Shown here: in pieces, positions 50,501 through 60,861 of the stretch | How positions within the stretch are numbered: position 1 is the stretch's first letter | How the letters are laid out: each line of letters starts with the position of its first letter | Origin: Caldisericota bacterium | Lineage (GTDB): Bacteria > Caldisericota > Caldisericia > JAAYUI01 | Length of the DNA stretch: 64,000 nt | Assembly (NCBI GenBank): GCA_029548865.1 | Contig: JAKPMO010000023.1 | Location: 1 to 64,000, forward strand | Direction of reading: 5' to 3' | Notes under the pieces: generated by a model | Seen by the model: only the letters and a program-made list of their open reading frames with translations | Told to the model about the DNA's origin: nothing | Database searches by the model: none | Program-made: the position numbers and the translations under genes

Positions 50501-51570
50501 TGGCCACCACCCCATGAAAATTTTGTGTGTGTTATCGTGCATGCTCCGGCTTCGCCAGTGAACTCGATTCCACCCCAGTCACCCGGCTGTGGCGCAGTTT
50601 TGTCCTGGTCATTGTTTGTGTCACCGCCAACACTGTCATCGGTAAGAGATGTGAAAATGACTGGTTTTTCTGCGGTTCCCCTGATTTCCAGACGACCAGA
50701 GACCCCGAGTTGGCCGGTACTTTTTACAATGACGCCTGGCTGGATTCTCAGAAATCCTTTGCTGCCGATTACAAACTTGTCAAAAACATAGGGCATAGAG
50801 GCGTCCCAGACTACTTCCTTGTCCAGGGAACCTGTGATAACCTTTATCCCGTTTGTACCGCAGTTTTTTATGATGTTTCCAAGGAGTTTTGGTGAGCAAG
50901 AAAGGTCGATCTGGATGCCAATGGTGCACCTTTCAACTGTGCAACCGGAGATTGATGGGTTTGAATCTTCCTGTATCCAGATGCCTGCGCCTGTCTTTGG
51001 GTCCTGGCAGTCGGTTATGACGCACTCCCTCAGCACCGATGTGGAATTTGCAAACCATGCGCCCATTGAAGCCGATTTGGATATTGTGCAGTGGGAGACT
51101 CTTATTCTGTCGTCGGAGCCTTTTCCGGATGAAAATTTGAGTGTCCCAAAACCACCCTTGCCACCATAGAGGAATTGCACCTGATAAAGCTCGCAGATGC
51201 CGCAGTTGTCCGGGAATTCAACATTACCCCAGTCACCTGGCGAAGGTTTTGACACGTCGCCATCTTTGTTTGAATCCTCTTTGACATCATCCTTGAGCGA
51301 TGTGAATATGATTGGCTCATTTTGAGTCCCGATGGCTTTTATCTTGCCTTTTACGCCAATATTGCCACCCAGTTTGACCACTGTCCCTGGCATTAATGTC
51401 AGGGTGGCATCAGGGGCTATATAAAAACCTTCTGGCATAATGACTGTTCCTGACCAGATGGTATTTTTCAGAACAGTAAAGGGGACCGCCCCGGCTTGTG
51501 GAAGACCATAAACGGCGGGTATCGTAAGGGTAAACACCAATGTAAGAAAAAGAGCAAAAAACTTCCTCAT
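47518..51570 (-). CDS. Large secreted right-handed beta-helix repeat protein with FN3-like and stalk domains
   Basis: Signal peptide; four GT..P..FTS..DD...D.N...PGD modules; ARLVW...GLATGVTYKF; YVPFRFLGEAFGADVGW. Confidence 0.9.
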   Translation of the reverse strand: MRKFFALFLTLVFTLTIPAVYGLPQAGAVPFTVLKNTIWSGTVIMPEGFYIAPDATLTLMPGTVVKLGGNIGVKGKIKAIGTQNEPIIFTSLKDDVKEDSNKDGDVSKPSPGDWGNVEFPDNCGICELYQVQFLYGGKGGFGTLKFSSGKGSDDRIRVSHCTISKSASMGAWFANSTSVLRECVITDCQDPKTGAGIWIQEDSNPSISGCTVERCTIGIQIDLSCSPKLLGNIIKNCGTNGIKVITGSLDKEVVWDASMPYVFDKFVIGSKGFLRIQPGVIVKSTGQLGVSGRLEIRGTAEKPVIFTSLTDDSVGGDTNNDQDKTAPQPGDWGGIEFTGEAGACTITHTKFSWGGGQAEKGGGYAILKFGAAGGVDNRVKLYNCTVEHSETAGLYMQASSPSIYNCKITDNKNDKLGACVWLQSRSKPILYNCELTDSEWAIYCDGYSYPKSQKLTISGNKYNNIYFESPLLEEDAVWSADLVHYIPKTVGIKPGVTLHLLPGVIIKYGEMIRVDGKLIAIGTKDKPIYFTSLNDDSVGGDSNGDSGAKDPLPGDNQGIQLTESFGRSVMKNCVVRYGGSGGNGNIYLGQATNTKNEQIIEDTIIEKSLGQAVKVRGGQVDLIRCSLLDCMNKQNGFAIIAEAGAKIRLVDSLIQRCRHLFSITPEVELKTQGNTAKNIGVELEESFAGIHIYKGRLREDKVWDSEFPYIIEDDFTIDKGANLTVAAGNVIKVVKGAFYVNGSMSCKGTQNNPVYITSFSDDTIAGDTNNNGQLTKPMPGDFDEIEFEGSVTACTFEHTVIRYSGGKTRRMGSVKFGAFAGVDGRVKFINCTIENSNSAGLYMINSSPYIKDCIIRNCKTTDRGHGIYLTGKCNPEIQGVTFQDCDYAVYNNMQGTEAVLGNCYFGDASGPKDETGNPNGNGLKVFGPVNYNPFAQEPNPTGGAGGKGGELPPYKRPEVSFPSPTGAAVLLSVDPTFVELNVGETFEITANDGTAPYKFVSMDEKVCKMVSQNFNKATFTLTGPEATTIRVMDNGDQEVQVWVVSKNFQLPKLPLIVNPAALPIKVGTTGTILASTDETVKATLTPGKSAIVKNIDDNEVLVYAFARGEELLTITSPSGETATCKLFCFADDGPESPSVYDFHAIPGTKSARLVWKLPNVQRDPFKGLSVTLDGKKLTELGPDTASLQVTGLATGVTYKFEIVPQGGQKVSASCTTGPLDVKLELWIGKTDAYINGKKTKLAVPPQILSNSTYVPFRFLGEAFGADVGWDNSKREASFWTPNAFLQMTVGSKTGYNFGAQVTINPPPQNVSGRVVIPLRAASELLGAKVAYEAKTKKITINYRKPWHLWW
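49225..51330 (-). repeat. Four intragenic protein repeats (period 217, 224, 226 aa)
   Basis: GT..P motif codons start at 51330, 50679, 50007 and 49329. Confidence 0.8.
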
Positions 51571-51827
51571 TCCAATCCTCCTTTGGTTCTCTAGTTTACT
51601 CCTGGTCTCAAAGTCTTCAAGTGAACATAAACAGGGAGTTCATCCAGAACTCTTGGAAACAGAAACCTGATTGCTACGAGAAAATATTATATCATTATGT
51701 AAATTGATTGTATGTAAATATTTTTTGTTCGAGTTTATTCTTATGGATTGTTTGCTTATAGAATGAATCTAAACTTTATTAGTAGAAATTAATTTCGTAT
51801 TGCCAGTGCGTCGCTATTATTATTCTT

Positions 51828-52292
51828 ATGGAAAATATTTTCTGGGTGCTTGAAAACAGGCTTGCCGGGAGACCAGGCCCTGATGAAGTGCCGTGGGATT
51901 TGGGGGAGATATATGGGGCTGGTTTCAGGGCAATGCTCTCCCTGGAAAACAATGTTGATCCGGCAGAGATCAAAAATTTTGGTTTTGAACATCTCCTTGC
52001 CCCAATGCCTGACGAGATACCGCCTGACAACAACAGTATTTCTGCATACAAAAGACTCCTTCCTGGTGCTATTGATTTTATTGACGTACAGATTTCAAAA
52101 GGGCTTCCCGTGCTTGTTCACTGTCATGCCGGAATGGACAGGACGGGGATGGCAATCGCTTGTTTTTTGGTGCGGCATCGTGGCATGGCCCCTAAGGAGG
52201 CCCTTTCCAAAGTGAGAATGACGAGACCTGTTGCGCTTACCAGCAAAGGTTACGAGGCGGCTTATTTTGCTGTGGCCTCATCCCTAATCTAA
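51828..52292 (+). CDS. Dual-specificity / Cys-based protein phosphatase
   Basis: VHCHAGMDRTG (CX5R) P-loop; PMPD acid loop. Confidence 0.92.
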   Translation: MENIFWVLENRLAGRPGPDEVPWDLGEIYGAGFRAMLSLENNVDPAEIKNFGFEHLLAPMPDEIPPDNNSISAYKRLLPGAIDFIDVQISKGLPVLVHCHAGMDRTGMAIACFLVRHRGMAPKEALSKVRMTRPVALTSKGYEAAYFAVASSLI

Positions 52293-52457
52293 TTGTGTTT
52301 TGGTTTACCATCGGTATTTACTTCAATGAGGATTGCCATTGGCAGGAACATTAGATTTGTTTGGCAAGATTTATTTTCATCTACAGGATTACTCCTTAAA
52401 AGGTAATAAAGATCAATTGTCCTAATAAATTGGAAGCAGATTTTTTTGGCGAAAAAT

Positions 52458-53057
52458 TTATTTGTTATTGTTTCTTGGTTTGTTGTTGTATTTCCCGTAT
52501 TTGTTGTAATTTGTCCTGGCGATTGGTGGAAGATCGACCTCCATTTTTATTGGTTTGAGGTCTTGTTTTTGTTGGTGGTGCTGATGGTGTTGCTGGGGTT
52601 TTTGTTGCTGACCCTGGTGTTGTTGTCCACCCTGTTTCCCCTTGAAGTATTTTTTGTTTTGGTTGCCATACCTGTTTTGTTGGGGCCTGTCTTGTGGTGG
52701 TCGCCATTCTTCGCGCTGTGGCGATGAGATACCAGGCCTCCAGCTGAGCATGTCCTCGTTTCCGCCGGAATGCCTTTGCCTGTCATCTGACATTGGTAGT
52801 CTTCGCCTGCCTGGCTGGAAATTTTTTTGATACCATGTGAAGGTGGTTTCAGACTCAAGGTAGTCTTCCGCGATCGCTCCCTCATCTCTTCCGATTTCGA
52901 GATCAAAGTAGTAAGGAGAGCCCTGGAGTGCCTCAATGCCCTTCTCAGTGAGCGAGACTTCATTGTCATCGAAATCCTCTATGATTCCCTGAGACATACA
53001 ATATTCCGCAAAGATCTTTCCCAAATCAGCGATACTTATTTTAAGTTCCGGTTTCAT
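52458..53057 (-). CDS. Hypothetical protein, winged-helix-like N-terminus and Q/H/N-rich low-complexity tail
   Basis: VSLTEKGIEAL wing motif; QGGQQHQGQQQKPQQHHQHHQQKQ; TTGTCA-16-TATAAT-8-ATG. Confidence 0.75.
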   Translation of the reverse strand: MKPELKISIADLGKIFAEYCMSQGIIEDFDDNEVSLTEKGIEALQGSPYYFDLEIGRDEGAIAEDYLESETTFTWYQKNFQPGRRRLPMSDDRQRHSGGNEDMLSWRPGISSPQREEWRPPQDRPQQNRYGNQNKKYFKGKQGGQQHQGQQQKPQQHHQHHQQKQDLKPIKMEVDLPPIARTNYNKYGKYNNKPRNNNK

Positions 53058-53743
53058 CGCCAGAAATTATATTTGTTTTGTGCCTTTTGACAACATAATA
53101 AATTTTGTGGAATATGCTGCAATACCATAAGAACCAGCAAAGTACGATTTAAAACAACTGTCATGTGAAAATTGGACCATTAAAAATGTTGTTTTCATGC
53201 GCTTTGCTAGTGGCAATCGAGCTATTTCTTGTCTTGGGGTATTGACAAACCAGCAAAAATGTATAAATACAAACTTGTGCTTGAAAACATATCTTTTGCC
53301 ACAAGAAATTCAATAAGAACTCAAAACAATCACAAAACATCAAAGAACAGCTCTGGGGAATCCATAAAACACACTTTTATATTGCAAATCTATTGTTTTT
53401 TGGCCATCTGCCCAGGAGCAGCTGATTGAAGAAGTTTTGCCAAGAACTCCCTTCCAGGAGATCTCAATTGAGGATTGGCCTGTCATTTTTACCACCCCGA
53501 CTCATGGTTAAAACCAACAACCCCAAAATTTGCCTCATATCAGTTTTTGATTATGAGCTTTCCCATGTACGAATAAATATAGCCACAGAGAGTGTTTTAA
53601 AACATCGAAATATATCGAGGGAGGCATGCCTATAAGGGTATCAAAAGTTTAAACCTGATGATCTGGGACAAAACTAGGTAACCTATAAAATAACGATAAA
53701 TACTAACTCCTCTAGCTGTCATTGTCTCCCTTAATCAAAGGGG

Positions 53744-53771
53744 TTGACAGGGGGGAGTTTTTTGCTAATAT
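53744..53771 (+). promoter_or_regulatory. rRNA promoter
   Basis: TTGACA-16-TAATAT with TGn extended -10, about 70 nt before the 23S 5' end. Confidence 0.75.
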
Positions 53772-53778
53772 AGGATTT

Positions 53779-53838
53779 CGTTACGACTCAGTTGAGTCTG
53801 TGACGGCAAGATCAGCACTTTGAAAACTATGTAGGAAT
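53779..53838 (+). promoter_or_regulatory. rRNA leader: boxB-like hairpin, boxA-like element and 5' strand of the 23S processing stem
   Basis: CGTTACGACTCA-GT-TGAGTCTGTGACG hairpin; GCACTTTGAAAA; 53810-53838 is complementary to 56842-56870. Confidence 0.75.
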
Positions 53839-53842
53839 GCAG

Positions 53843-56833
<2,991 letters not shown>

Positions 56834-56841
56834 TTAAAAAA

Positions 56842-56870
56842 ATTCCTACATAGTTTTCTTAGTGTTGATC
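56842..56870 (+). other. 3' strand of the 23S processing stem
   Basis: ATTCCTACATAGTTTTC-TT-AGTGTTGATC pairs with GATCAGCACT-TT-GAAAACTATGTAGGAAT. Confidence 0.8.
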
Positions 56871-56903
56871 CCAAGTTTTTGAAAAATGTTTTTTAAAAAA
56901 AGA

Positions 56904-57021
56904 TCTTGGTGACAATGCCGCAGGGGAAACACCCGTTCCCATTTCGAACACGGAAGTTAAGACCTGCAGGGCTGATGGTACTCGAGGCGCAGGCCTCCGG
57001 AAGAGTAAGACGTTGCCAAGG
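56904..57021 (+). rRNA. rrf: 5S ribosomal RNA
   Basis: CTTGGTGAC...GAAACACCCGTTCCCATTTCGAACACGGAAGTTAAG...GATGGTACT...GAGTAAGACGTTGCCAAG. Confidence 0.97.
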
Positions 57022-57187
57022 TCTTTTTTTTGTTTCTAGGGTTTTTAAAAACACCATCTAAAGATTCAAAAATTCTTCCATATTTTCTCAAATTGCATTC
57101 CTATATAGCCATTTAATAATCCTATCTTATCCTTTGGTTTCTCTGATAATTGTAAAATATCCCCATGAAAGTTGTTTGGGATAAATT

Positions 57188-57478
57188 ATGTCCATAAAAA
57201 GAGAGAAGCAGATAATTGGTTTTATGATGGAAATTTATTGTCATGGAAACCACAAAATACATGATAATCTTTGCCCTGAGTGCAAACAATTGCTTGATTA
57301 TGCAAATAAGAAACTTTCCAAGTGTCCTTTTGGCAATTCAAAAACCTCGTGCAAGAGGTGCAAAGTCCATTGCTATGAAAAGGGAATGAGAGAAAAGGTG
57401 CGCAAAGTAATGAAATATGCGGGACCAAAGATGCTTTTGTACCATCCATTTGCGGCAATTTCACATCTGTTTAAGTAA
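57188..57478 (+). CDS. YgbA-family (nitrous-oxide-stimulated promoter) Cys-rich protein
   Basis: REK..I..M..IYC..H...LCPEC..LLDYA...CP....K..C..C.VHCY...VMKYAGPKMLLYHP. Confidence 0.92.
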   Translation: MSIKREKQIIGFMMEIYCHGNHKIHDNLCPECKQLLDYANKKLSKCPFGNSKTSCKRCKVHCYEKGMREKVRKVMKYAGPKMLLYHPFAAISHLFK

Positions 57479-57573
57479 CTAGGCTAGTTATCAAGAGTCT
57501 TATTGATAATAAAATATACTAGTGTCTGAATATGAATCATTGCAATTTTGGAAAGTGAAAATAGGGGGCAAAC

Positions 57574-58506
57574 ATGGAAATAGCAACTGTTGAACCGAAA
57601 AGAAAAAGTGCTTCAGGTTTGAAGGTCTGGTTTATGGAGGCAAGACCACAATACCTGCTTTTGCCAGTAGTGTTGGTTTTTGTTGGCACTGCAGTTGCTT
57701 GGCAAAATGATGGCATGCTGCATATGGGTAATGCCATACTTGCGCTTCTTGGTCTTGTTCTGTGCCACGTCAGCGTGAATGTCCTAAATGATTATTTTGA
57801 TTACAAAAGTGGTGTTGATCTCAAAACCATCAAGACGCCTTTTAGCGGTGGTAGTGGAATACTTCCAGCTGGCCTGCTGAAATCAAAACAGGCCCTCTGG
57901 TACGGTTTGATTTGTTTTGTGCTTGCAGTGCCGATAGGCGTGTATTTTTCGATTATAAAAGGCTGGCAGCTTCTTCCACTGCTTGCCCTTGGCGCCATTT
58001 GCGTCCTTCTTTATACGCAGGTCATTTTGAAGACTGATTTTCCGGAGTGGTCACCTGGGATGGGTCTTGGCATTCTGCCAGTTTTGGGCGCCTATTTTGT
58101 CCAGACAGGATTTTATTCTTGGCATGCGCTTGTTGCGTCTGTTCCGTCCGGTCTCCTTGTCCTGAACCTGCTCCTCCTCAATGAATTTCCGGACATCGAA
58201 GCTGACAAGATTGCCAACAAGAGGACCCTCCCGATCAGGATCGGTGGAAAAAATGCTGCAATAGTTTATTCCGCTTTTGAAATCCTCGTTTACCTTTGGG
58301 TCATAGGAGCAGTAATATTTGGCCAGATGCCAGTCTATTGCCTGATTGCCCTGCTGACCCTGCCGTTTGCCATACATGCCATAAGAGGTTCTTTCAATTA
58401 CAAGGACTTGAACAAGATATTGCCTGCAATGGGGAGCAACGTCATGGCAGTTTTGCTTACCCAGGCGCTCATTGGGGTTGGCTATATTCTGGCAGCAGTG
58501 CTATAG
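57574..58506 (+). CDS. menA: UbiA-family prenyltransferase, MenA-like
   Basis: NVLNDYFDYKSGVD, FSGGSG, NEFPDIEAD..ANKRTL; multiple TM. Confidence 0.8.
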   Translation: MEIATVEPKRKSASGLKVWFMEARPQYLLLPVVLVFVGTAVAWQNDGMLHMGNAILALLGLVLCHVSVNVLNDYFDYKSGVDLKTIKTPFSGGSGILPAGLLKSKQALWYGLICFVLAVPIGVYFSIIKGWQLLPLLALGAICVLLYTQVILKTDFPEWSPGMGLGILPVLGAYFVQTGFYSWHALVASVPSGLLVLNLLLLNEFPDIEADKIANKRTLPIRIGGKNAAIVYSAFEILVYLWVIGAVIFGQMPVYCLIALLTLPFAIHAIRGSFNYKDLNKILPAMGSNVMAVLLTQALIGVGYILAAVL

Positions 58507-58534
58507 CTATCTAATTAAGAAGGCAAGGACGAAT

Positions 58535-59263
58535 TTGGCTGAAAAAGAAAAGAAACAAAATGTGAGAAAACCTTTGCACAAGATATTCACTGACATTCCA
58601 AATCATTATGATCTTGTAAATCATCTCATAACATGGGGGCTGGACAAAAGGTGGCGCAAAGCCGCGGCATTAAAATGTTTGTCAAAAAAACCACAGAGAA
58701 TGCTTGATCTGTGTTGTGGAACTGGGGATTTGGCCCTGACAGTTGCCAGGCTGGCGGATTATCCAATAGAAATCAGGGGGCTTGATTTCAGCCAGCCAAT
58801 GCTTGAGATTGCTGCCCAGAAGGCCTCTTCTCTGAAAGGGAAAACTATTGCTTTTGATCAGGGTGATGCTTCAAAGATGCCGTATGAAAATGGGCACTTT
58901 GATTGCGTGAGCAACTCGTTTGGCTTCCGCAACCTGACATACAATAATCCCCAGTCAAGAGAACACCTCTCTGAAATACTAAGAGTACTTAAGCCAGGTG
59001 GCAGGCTCGTTGTTGTTGAGTCGAGCCAGCCAAGATCTTCATTTGTCCGCTTCTTCTATCACCTATACATGCGATATTATGTGTACTGGGTAGGTGTGAT
59101 TGTGTCTGGAAACAGGCCGGCCTACAGGTATCTTTCAGAATCTACGATAAAATATTATTCCCCACCAGAACTGGAGAAATTGTTGACCAGTGCAGGTTTC
59201 AGAGAGGTTAATTACCACCCGATGCTTTTTGGCGCCTCGGGTATATACGAGGCAATCAAGTAG
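58535..59263 (+). CDS. menG: UbiE/MenG quinone C-methyltransferase
   Basis: F..I...YDLVNHLITWGLDKRWR, LDLCCGTGD, FGFRN, RVLKPGG, AYRYLSES. Confidence 0.88.
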   Translation: MAEKEKKQNVRKPLHKIFTDIPNHYDLVNHLITWGLDKRWRKAAALKCLSKKPQRMLDLCCGTGDLALTVARLADYPIEIRGLDFSQPMLEIAAQKASSLKGKTIAFDQGDASKMPYENGHFDCVSNSFGFRNLTYNNPQSREHLSEILRVLKPGGRLVVVESSQPRSSFVRFFYHLYMRYYVYWVGVIVSGNRPAYRYLSESTIKYYSPPELEKLLTSAGFREVNYHPMLFGASGIYEAIK

Positions 59264-59336
59264 TCTACTCGCTTTTTTTGTTCCTGTGACAATATCCATT
59301 CGTCTTGCGTATCATCTTTTAAAAGGCGGTGGAAAA

Positions 59337-60518
59337 ATGAAAACAAAGGGAATCGTTTTTTTGTGCATTCTTCTTGTTGTATCGCCAATCCTGCAGAGTT
59401 TTCCTGTAATCTCAATTGCTAGGAGTCAGTATATGCTGGGTGATAGGCCAGTGCCTGGCCCGCTTCCACCAGACCCAAAAGCATCTGCTCCCGAATCCGA
59501 CAGACAGATTGATATTGTTTACGGCAAGGCTGGCGATGTTGAGCTCAAGCTTGATTTTGCAAAACCAAAATTGTGTCACGACCAGAAGGTGCCTCTTGTT
59601 GTTCATGTGCATGGTGGTGCCTGGAGGGCCGGAGACAAAAAGGGTGGCATAGATTCTGCCGAGTCAAGGATGTTTCTCCAGCTTGGTTTTGCCGTTGCCT
59701 CGATCAATTACAGGCTTGCGCCAAGGTATGTTTTTCCAGCCCAGATAAATGATTGCAAGTTGGCAATAAGGTTCCTCAGGGCAAATGCGGAGAAATTTGG
59801 GATTGATCCTGACAGGATTGGAATACATGGCGGTTCGGCCGGTGGCCATCTGGTTGCGCTGATGGGACTTGCAAATGATGGCGATGGGCTCGAAGGGCCG
59901 GGACTTGAAGGAATTTCGAGCAGAGTGTCTTGCGTTGTTGACTATTTTGGCCCGTCTGACCTGACTTTTATGACAAAAGAAATCAATGACAAAAAACTCC
60001 CAGGCGTGGAGCTCATAAAGGATTTTCTTGGGTGCTACCCCTCCGATTGTCCAGACAAGGCAACCCAGGCATCGCCGGTCACCTATGCTGATAAAAATGA
60101 TCCACCAATACTAATCCAGCATGGCAACAAAGATCTCACCGTTCCATACTCACAATCGGTCGTGCTTGCCAAAAAGCTTTATGAAAACAATGTTACTTGT
60201 GCATTGATAAAGGTCAAAAACGGTGGCCATGGTTTTTCTGGCAAAAATATCCGGCCATCAAGAGATGAGATAACACTCAAGACTGTCTCCCATATTGCCA
60301 GGTTCCTTGAGTCTGCTGTATTTGCCGACCTTGATCTTAACGGAGATATTGATTATGCCGATGCTATAGAAATGGCCACATGCTTTGGCGCAGAAGGTAC
60401 AAATGCCGAAGGCAAAGAGGCGCCAGATTTCTGGAATCCGCTTGCTGACCTTGTCCCCGATGGGAAAATCGACATGGCAGACTGGGATGCTTTCTGGGAC
60501 GCATGGCTTGGCAAGTGA
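59337..60518 (+). CDS. Secreted alpha/beta hydrolase (esterase) with C-terminal dockerin-like module
   Basis: HGGAW, GGSAGG, HG.KD..VP, GGHG; DLDLNGDIDYAD and DLVPDGKIDMAD loops. Confidence 0.9.
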   Translation: MKTKGIVFLCILLVVSPILQSFPVISIARSQYMLGDRPVPGPLPPDPKASAPESDRQIDIVYGKAGDVELKLDFAKPKLCHDQKVPLVVHVHGGAWRAGDKKGGIDSAESRMFLQLGFAVASINYRLAPRYVFPAQINDCKLAIRFLRANAEKFGIDPDRIGIHGGSAGGHLVALMGLANDGDGLEGPGLEGISSRVSCVVDYFGPSDLTFMTKEINDKKLPGVELIKDFLGCYPSDCPDKATQASPVTYADKNDPPILIQHGNKDLTVPYSQSVVLAKKLYENNVTCALIKVKNGGHGFSGKNIRPSRDEITLKTVSHIARFLESAVFADLDLNGDIDYADAIEMATCFGAEGTNAEGKEAPDFWNPLADLVPDGKIDMADWDAFWDAWLGK

Positions 60519-60563
60519 TTTTTGCCTGAGTAGAGCTAGAACCTTGACAAAGGAGATCACAAC

Positions 60564-60776
60564 ATGAGTTGCTACCTGAGACATCTTGACCATCTTTTTG
60601 TGGAGACTGATCTCGACCCTTTGAACAAACAGGACAGAAAAAAATTGGACATGGCCATAAGATTGTCCATCGGTCTTATTGATAGTTCATGCAGTGAAGT
60701 GTGGGCAAAGATAAAAGAAATAGGGCCTGAGAACAAAGATCTGTTTTTAAAGGTGAAACAAGAGCTGAACAAATAA
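60564..60776 (+). CDS. Small hypothetical protein
   Basis: 70 aa MSCYLRHL...CSEVW; AGGAG RBS. Confidence 0.75.
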   Translation: MSCYLRHLDHLFVETDLDPLNKQDRKKLDMAIRLSIGLIDSSCSEVWAKIKEIGPENKDLFLKVKQELNK

Positions 60777-60861
60777 TTTTTGGGCGTTTCTCATAAAAAC
60801 ACCAGAAGTTTTCTTGTGATTTTGCCTTCAAAACCTTAGAATCCGATTTTTGGAGGTATAC

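Noticed and set aside
53060..53740. 16S remnant, tRNA or real genes in the gap before 23S (including a 48-aa ORF at 53340-53486 minus)
   Set aside because: No 16S signature, no cloverleaf, and the short ORFs lack supporting motifs
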